In this document: positions 15,901 to 19,710 of the stretch, in pieces
How positions within the stretch are numbered: the first letter of the stretch is position 1
How the letters are laid out: each line of letters begins with the position of its first letter
Source: Macrostomum lignano
Lineage: Eukaryota
Length of the DNA: 19,710 nt
NCBI GenBank assembly: GCA_002269645.1
Contig: NIVC01005229.1
Location: 1-19,710 of the forward strand
Reading direction: 5' to 3'
Translations under genes and position numbers: made by a program
The notes under the pieces: model-generated
Told to the model about the DNA's origin: nothing
Seen by the model: only the letters and a program-made list of their open reading frames with translations
Database searches by the model: none

Positions 15901-16043
15901 TGTCGGATGTTGAGGTTAAATCCGGGAACGCCAGGTTTTAAACTCGCTGTGCTGCCATGTCGATAAAATTTCCGAATCGCAATAAACTGTACTTCTTCAT
16001 ACTCTTGTACTTGAAGTTTGTAGCCTTCTCCAATATCGACCAT
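15864..16043 (-). CDS. PC4/Sub1-like ssDNA-binding domain, 59 aa, absent from the ORF track
   Basis: Hand translation: MVDIGEGYKLQVQEYEEVQFIAIRKFYRHGSTASLKPGVPGFNLNIRQWEKLKELKQLS. It matches PC4 IG..Y.V...F....I.IR.YW....KPG..G..LN..QW..LKE. TATA box 74 nt upstream. Confidence 0.85.
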   Translation of the reverse strand: MVDIGEGYKLQVQEYEEVQFIAIRKFYRHGSTASLKPGVPGFNLNIRQWEKLKELKQLS

Positions 16044-16117
16044 TATTAATTAGTTATTACGATGTAACGGAGCGAGAATTTCAAAATTTTTATTATTTGT
16101 GAAAACAAATTTTCTGG

Positions 16118-16159
16118 TTTATATACAAATATCTCCTATGTAAACACATGCGGCTATGT
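16118..16159 (-). promoter_or_regulatory. Right promoter: palindrome variant plus TATA box
   Basis: ACATGC-G-GCTATGT (16146-16159) is one base short of the left palindrome core. TATATAAA on - at 16125-16118. Confidence 0.6.
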
Positions 16160-16183
16160 ATTCACATTACCCCTATGGGACAC

Positions 16184-16338
16184 AGGTGCCTATGTACTCT
16201 CATTAGGAGTCTACGGAATTCCCATGGCTTTGCCTGCGGCAGAGTTGAGCTATGCAAACACATAGGCGCCCTTCTGATCCGGGCCCACGGAATTTCCGTG
16301 GCTTTCTATGCGGCAGAGTTGTGTTATCCTCTACTACT
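16184..16338 (-). repeat. Right terminal inverted repeat (155 bp): one full subrepeat plus the partial one
   Basis: AGGTGCCTATGTACTCTCATTAGGAGTC...GTGTTATCCTCTACTACT is the reverse complement of the left TIR. Confidence 0.95.
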
Positions 16339-16344
16339 AGTATA
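16339..16344 (+). other. Right copy of the target-site duplication (AGTATA)
   Basis: Directly follows CTACTACT; near-match to 321-327. Confidence 0.55.
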
Positions 16345-16979
16345 GATTCTATGACAATTCGCAGAAAAAGAATAAAAATTCCCTTAGCCTGCTGTCAGTA
16401 GGCTAGTAAGTTTAGAGCCCATGTGCTAGCGCGGGATTTGGGAAAAAGTGCGTCCTCATCACATGTTACATGTAAATAGTGATAGATGATTAACAGACTA
16501 AATATGAAATGTTCCCATTTTAGCTGTATTGTCTGGATTCCGTGCTCTGGAGTGCTCTAGACAAGCAAGGTTACAGGTGATGTGTTGTACAGCGGATCAC
16601 TAGCTTCAGGAATGAGTGTCGGCGTCGAGTCGTCGACTGACTGACGACTGACCAGTTTGATCATCTGATGAGATTCAGACGGCAAAATAAGAAATGTCGG
16701 GTAAAAAAACTAAAAATTCGAAAAGTACCCATTCATTCTCAAACTCTCAATCAGTCTCTTAAGTTTCCATGTACATCCCAACTTAAAATGGACTAAATGA
16801 ATCAAGCAGCATCTTTCTTTACCTTCCAGTGTTCATGTACATTATTTTCTTTGATTAACGATTCAAAATATTAAATTATAAAATATTTCAGAAGCAAAAT
16901 GTTTTATTTACTTTGTTTAAAACTGCATTTTTGTTTTTGAACGTCCGGTCCACTCCGGGAAAACCCTAAAATTCGGGAG

Positions 16980-17358
16980 CACGAGAAATGCCCGCAGACG
17001 AATTGCCCGCCGAGCTTTTCCCGCCGAGATTTGCCCGCAGTGCAATTTGCCCGCGAGCGAGTTGCCCGCCGAGTTTTTTCCCGCCGAGGTTTGCCCGCAA
17101 TGCTTTTTTCCTGCAGCGCATTTGGCAGCTAGATTCTGTCTGTATTGCCCCCCCAAAAAAAAATATGCATATGATATGCAGTCAGTTACTATCAAAACGT
17201 TTTGATCGTGTAAATCTCTTTATTGAGATTAACGCGTACTAAGCATTGGGAAGGCAATGCAGACAAAATCTGCCGCGTCGCTCACGGGCAAAATGCACTG
17301 CGGGCAAATCTCGGCGGGAAAAGCTCGGCGGGCAATTTGTCTGCGGGCAATTCTCATG
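16980..17358. mobile_element. MITE-like non-autonomous element in the host flank, about 81-bp inverted arms built of TTKCCCGC subrepeats
   Basis: 16980-17060 and 17278-17358 are reverse complements with few mismatches; non-coding AT-rich interior; no clear TSD. Confidence 0.7.
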
Positions 17359-17902
17359 GACCTCTAAAATTCACCACCTCCCTGAGATTTTGAAACTGAA
17401 ATCTGAAGTTTTCAAAGGAATTGGAAAATCGTACCTCACATTCACAGTCACAGGCTCACGTTTCACACCAGCCGCAACAAATGGAATACAACACCCGACG
17501 CAGCTCTGAACTGACTCCCCCATGCTGTACTGTAGTTTAGTATAGTAAGAAATAGCTGCATATAGCACATGGGATCGCCATCTCATTTTTGTATTACTAT
17601 TATTAGTGTCATTTTTGTTAGAAAATGTATTGTGGCTTTTTAAACTTTCAATTAAGGATTTGGCCCTTATCTCGCCGGGATTTGGGTTTGTAAACTTTGT
17701 ATTTTTTGCAAAACTCAATATTGTAAACTTAAAGTTTAGATTTATAGCACTTCTGAGAAGGAAAACTTTTAGCAGGAATTTACTCTAAAAATTCGTTTAA
17801 AAAACCATTTTTTATTCTGGGTGTTTAGGGGTTCAATCCTGAGATCACAGGGATTCCAAATTCGCTATCATTTTTAGTATATTGGATTAATAACAAAGAT
17901 AT

Positions 17903-17920
17903 CAAACAAACAAACAAACA
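17903..17920 (+). repeat. (CAAA)n microsatellite
   Basis: CAAACAAACAAACAAACA. Confidence 0.8.
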
Positions 17921-19710
17921 GACAAATTGCTAGGACTTTTAGTTTTTTTAGTATTTAGAAGCCACAAGGAATAACTAAACAAACAGCTTGCTAGATAATG
18001 CACAACACTCGTAATACTACTCTATTACCGGAATTGTTTAATGCGCCACTTGACTTGATTTGGCCTGGGGGGCGGGCTGGGGGTCCGGGTCCGGGGGCCG
18101 TAGGTCTTAGAGTCTATATAGGCCCTGGGGCCGGGGCCCTTGCTTCTTTGTTGTTTTGTGCCTTCGCTTCTGGAATGCGATAAAATAGTGCCACGAACCA
18201 GGCTCCGTAAGTGCCGAAGACTCCCCTATTCTCTTCTATGCCCCTCCCTTCCGTTCTCTCTGCGCGTTCTCTCTCTAGCTTCGATCGATAAATTCCAAGC
18301 TTAGGCAGCACTCTGGTTGGCTGATTCAACCTCCCCCACCCTCACGGTCACGGCCCCACCTACCCCCCCCCAGGCCCAAAACTCCAGTTAGAAAAAGGAC
18401 ACAAAACCTTCCTTCCCTTGCGTTGTTTGTTCGTCTGCTCTGCTGTTCCACTTAGCTCCCGCATTTTAACCTAGGCCTCCGGTGTGTATTAGCCAAAGGA
18501 TTCCAAATCCCGCGTCTGATTCCTTTTCTTTCCCAAGAGTGTTCTCTATCCCCTCTCTCATGTTGGAAAAGCCAGTGAACCAACGTAAGTTGTGTCATCG
18601 AAGTCATATTTAACTAACAACTCCACGTTACACCCTTGCCTTACACTACGGCTTGTACTTTGCCGGTTGTCATTTTGATTTGAATACTCTACTAGCAATC
18701 AAAGAAGCTAGTCTTAATTATAAAAACTTTTTTAGAAAAAATGACTCCAAACCAATTGACGTCTTATCTGACAGTACTGGAAAGCTAATTGGCTTAGCAA
18801 ATCTAGCTATTTAAAGCAAACGCCCTCGCTCTAATACTGTCAGGTAATGATGTCTATTGAAGGAGTATTCGCCAAGTGTTTGCCAATTGTTACCATTCTG
18901 TCCATCTTGCAGTTTGTAAATGCTACCATGGACAACTCTAGTTGTCCATGAATGCTACTCGCATTCAAGTCGCCAGCTAGTTGGCTAAGCCTAAGATATG
19001 CACGTTTACCCAGCCACTGTTTATTTTTCGCCATAATAGGAACTAAATTTTTGTCAAATAAATCCATATAAAAATGACGGCATTGGGCGTTAGACTTAAC
19101 ATGATTTACCGTGTTTTGGAATTTTGTGCAGACTGCGGACTCGTGTTATTTGTTGCTCACTGCAAAAGCAAAATATCTCTTATAAACTACAATCTGCAAC
19201 TGCTTTGCTATAACAAGTATCAACGTCGTAGTTAATTTTAGCGATCAAGTTTTCTCCAATTCTAATTTCTAATATGATATGGCCATACCATCATAGGTGA
19301 GCACAAAATCAAGCTGAAACTTGGAATTAACTACAATTACAATGCGCCATATCAGTGCCCAATAATTTGCCGATAATTAAACAATTAAACTAATTTTACA
19401 GATAAGAAAATATAAAGATAATGGAAAGAGTAAGACGAAGGAATGAATAAACAGGAACAGATTACAGAGAATAAGAAATAAAAAATCATGGGTAATTAAT
19501 TTATCATGTCAGAAAAGTAGTAAAATATGTTTGTATGCTAATACTAAGTAATACATCACATCAATACCGCAGCGATAGCTAAGATCTTCCGCCTTGCTGT
19601 CTGGGACTCGGAGAGCTACTACTACTACACTACTGCTTCTTCGCACACTTCTGTGGTGATTTTTGCTTCCGTCCCGACTCCCAATCCCAACTCGGCAGTG
19701 TATATTTATG

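Larger units (their letters stand above)
328..16338. mobile_element. Polinton/Maverick (adintovirus-like) self-synthesizing element, apparently full length
   Basis: Inverted termini AGTAGTAGAGGATAACAC (328) and GTGTTATCCTCTACTACT (ends 16338). Hallmark genes are present: pPolB, rve integrase, packaging ATPase, adenain-like protease, major and minor capsid proteins. The 16 kb size is typical. Confidence 0.97.

Noticed and set aside
15317-15913. 198-aa plus-strand ORF opposite the PC4-like gene
   Set aside because: Ser/Leu-rich antisense shadow of an acidic ORF; no promoter evidence.
16917-17509. ORFs with AGK repeats
   Set aside because: Translations of the MITE-like subrepeats.
17371-19067. 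Short ORFs in the right flank
   Set aside because: No domains, compositional support or exon structure; no host gene can be called.
19613-19634. CTACTACTACTAC tract resembling a Polinton terminus
   Set aside because: No adjacent TIR homology; a simple microsatellite.

Overview
Bases 328-16338 (16,011 bp) are one apparently full-length Polinton/Maverick (adintovirus-like) element in AT-rich, probably animal host DNA. It has AGTAGTAG...CTACTACT termini, TIRs of 230 and 155 bp and a near-match TSD. The left arm (+) carries an orphan Cys-rich/acidic ORF and a protein-primed DNA polymerase B. The right arm (-) carries PC4-like ORF(s), a small ORF, an rve integrase with chromodomain, penton, a basic core-like protein, major capsid protein, an adenain-like protease, a packaging ATPase, two conserved Polinton ORFs, a DEDD-like exonuclease-family ORF and, last, an intronless TATA-binding-protein (TBP) homolog. 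The most unusual signal is this TBP together with a tandem PC4-like protein, whose best domain is a 59-codon ORF missing from the ORF track, and matching TATA promoters at both ends. This suggests a self-encoded Pol II initiation module (inference). Six breaks in the right arm (four clear, two coupled at the penton/core junction) are each repaired by adding one base to a short run, so the element may really be intact. The right flank has a MITE-like inverted repeat. Family calls come from motif recognition by eye; no database search was run.
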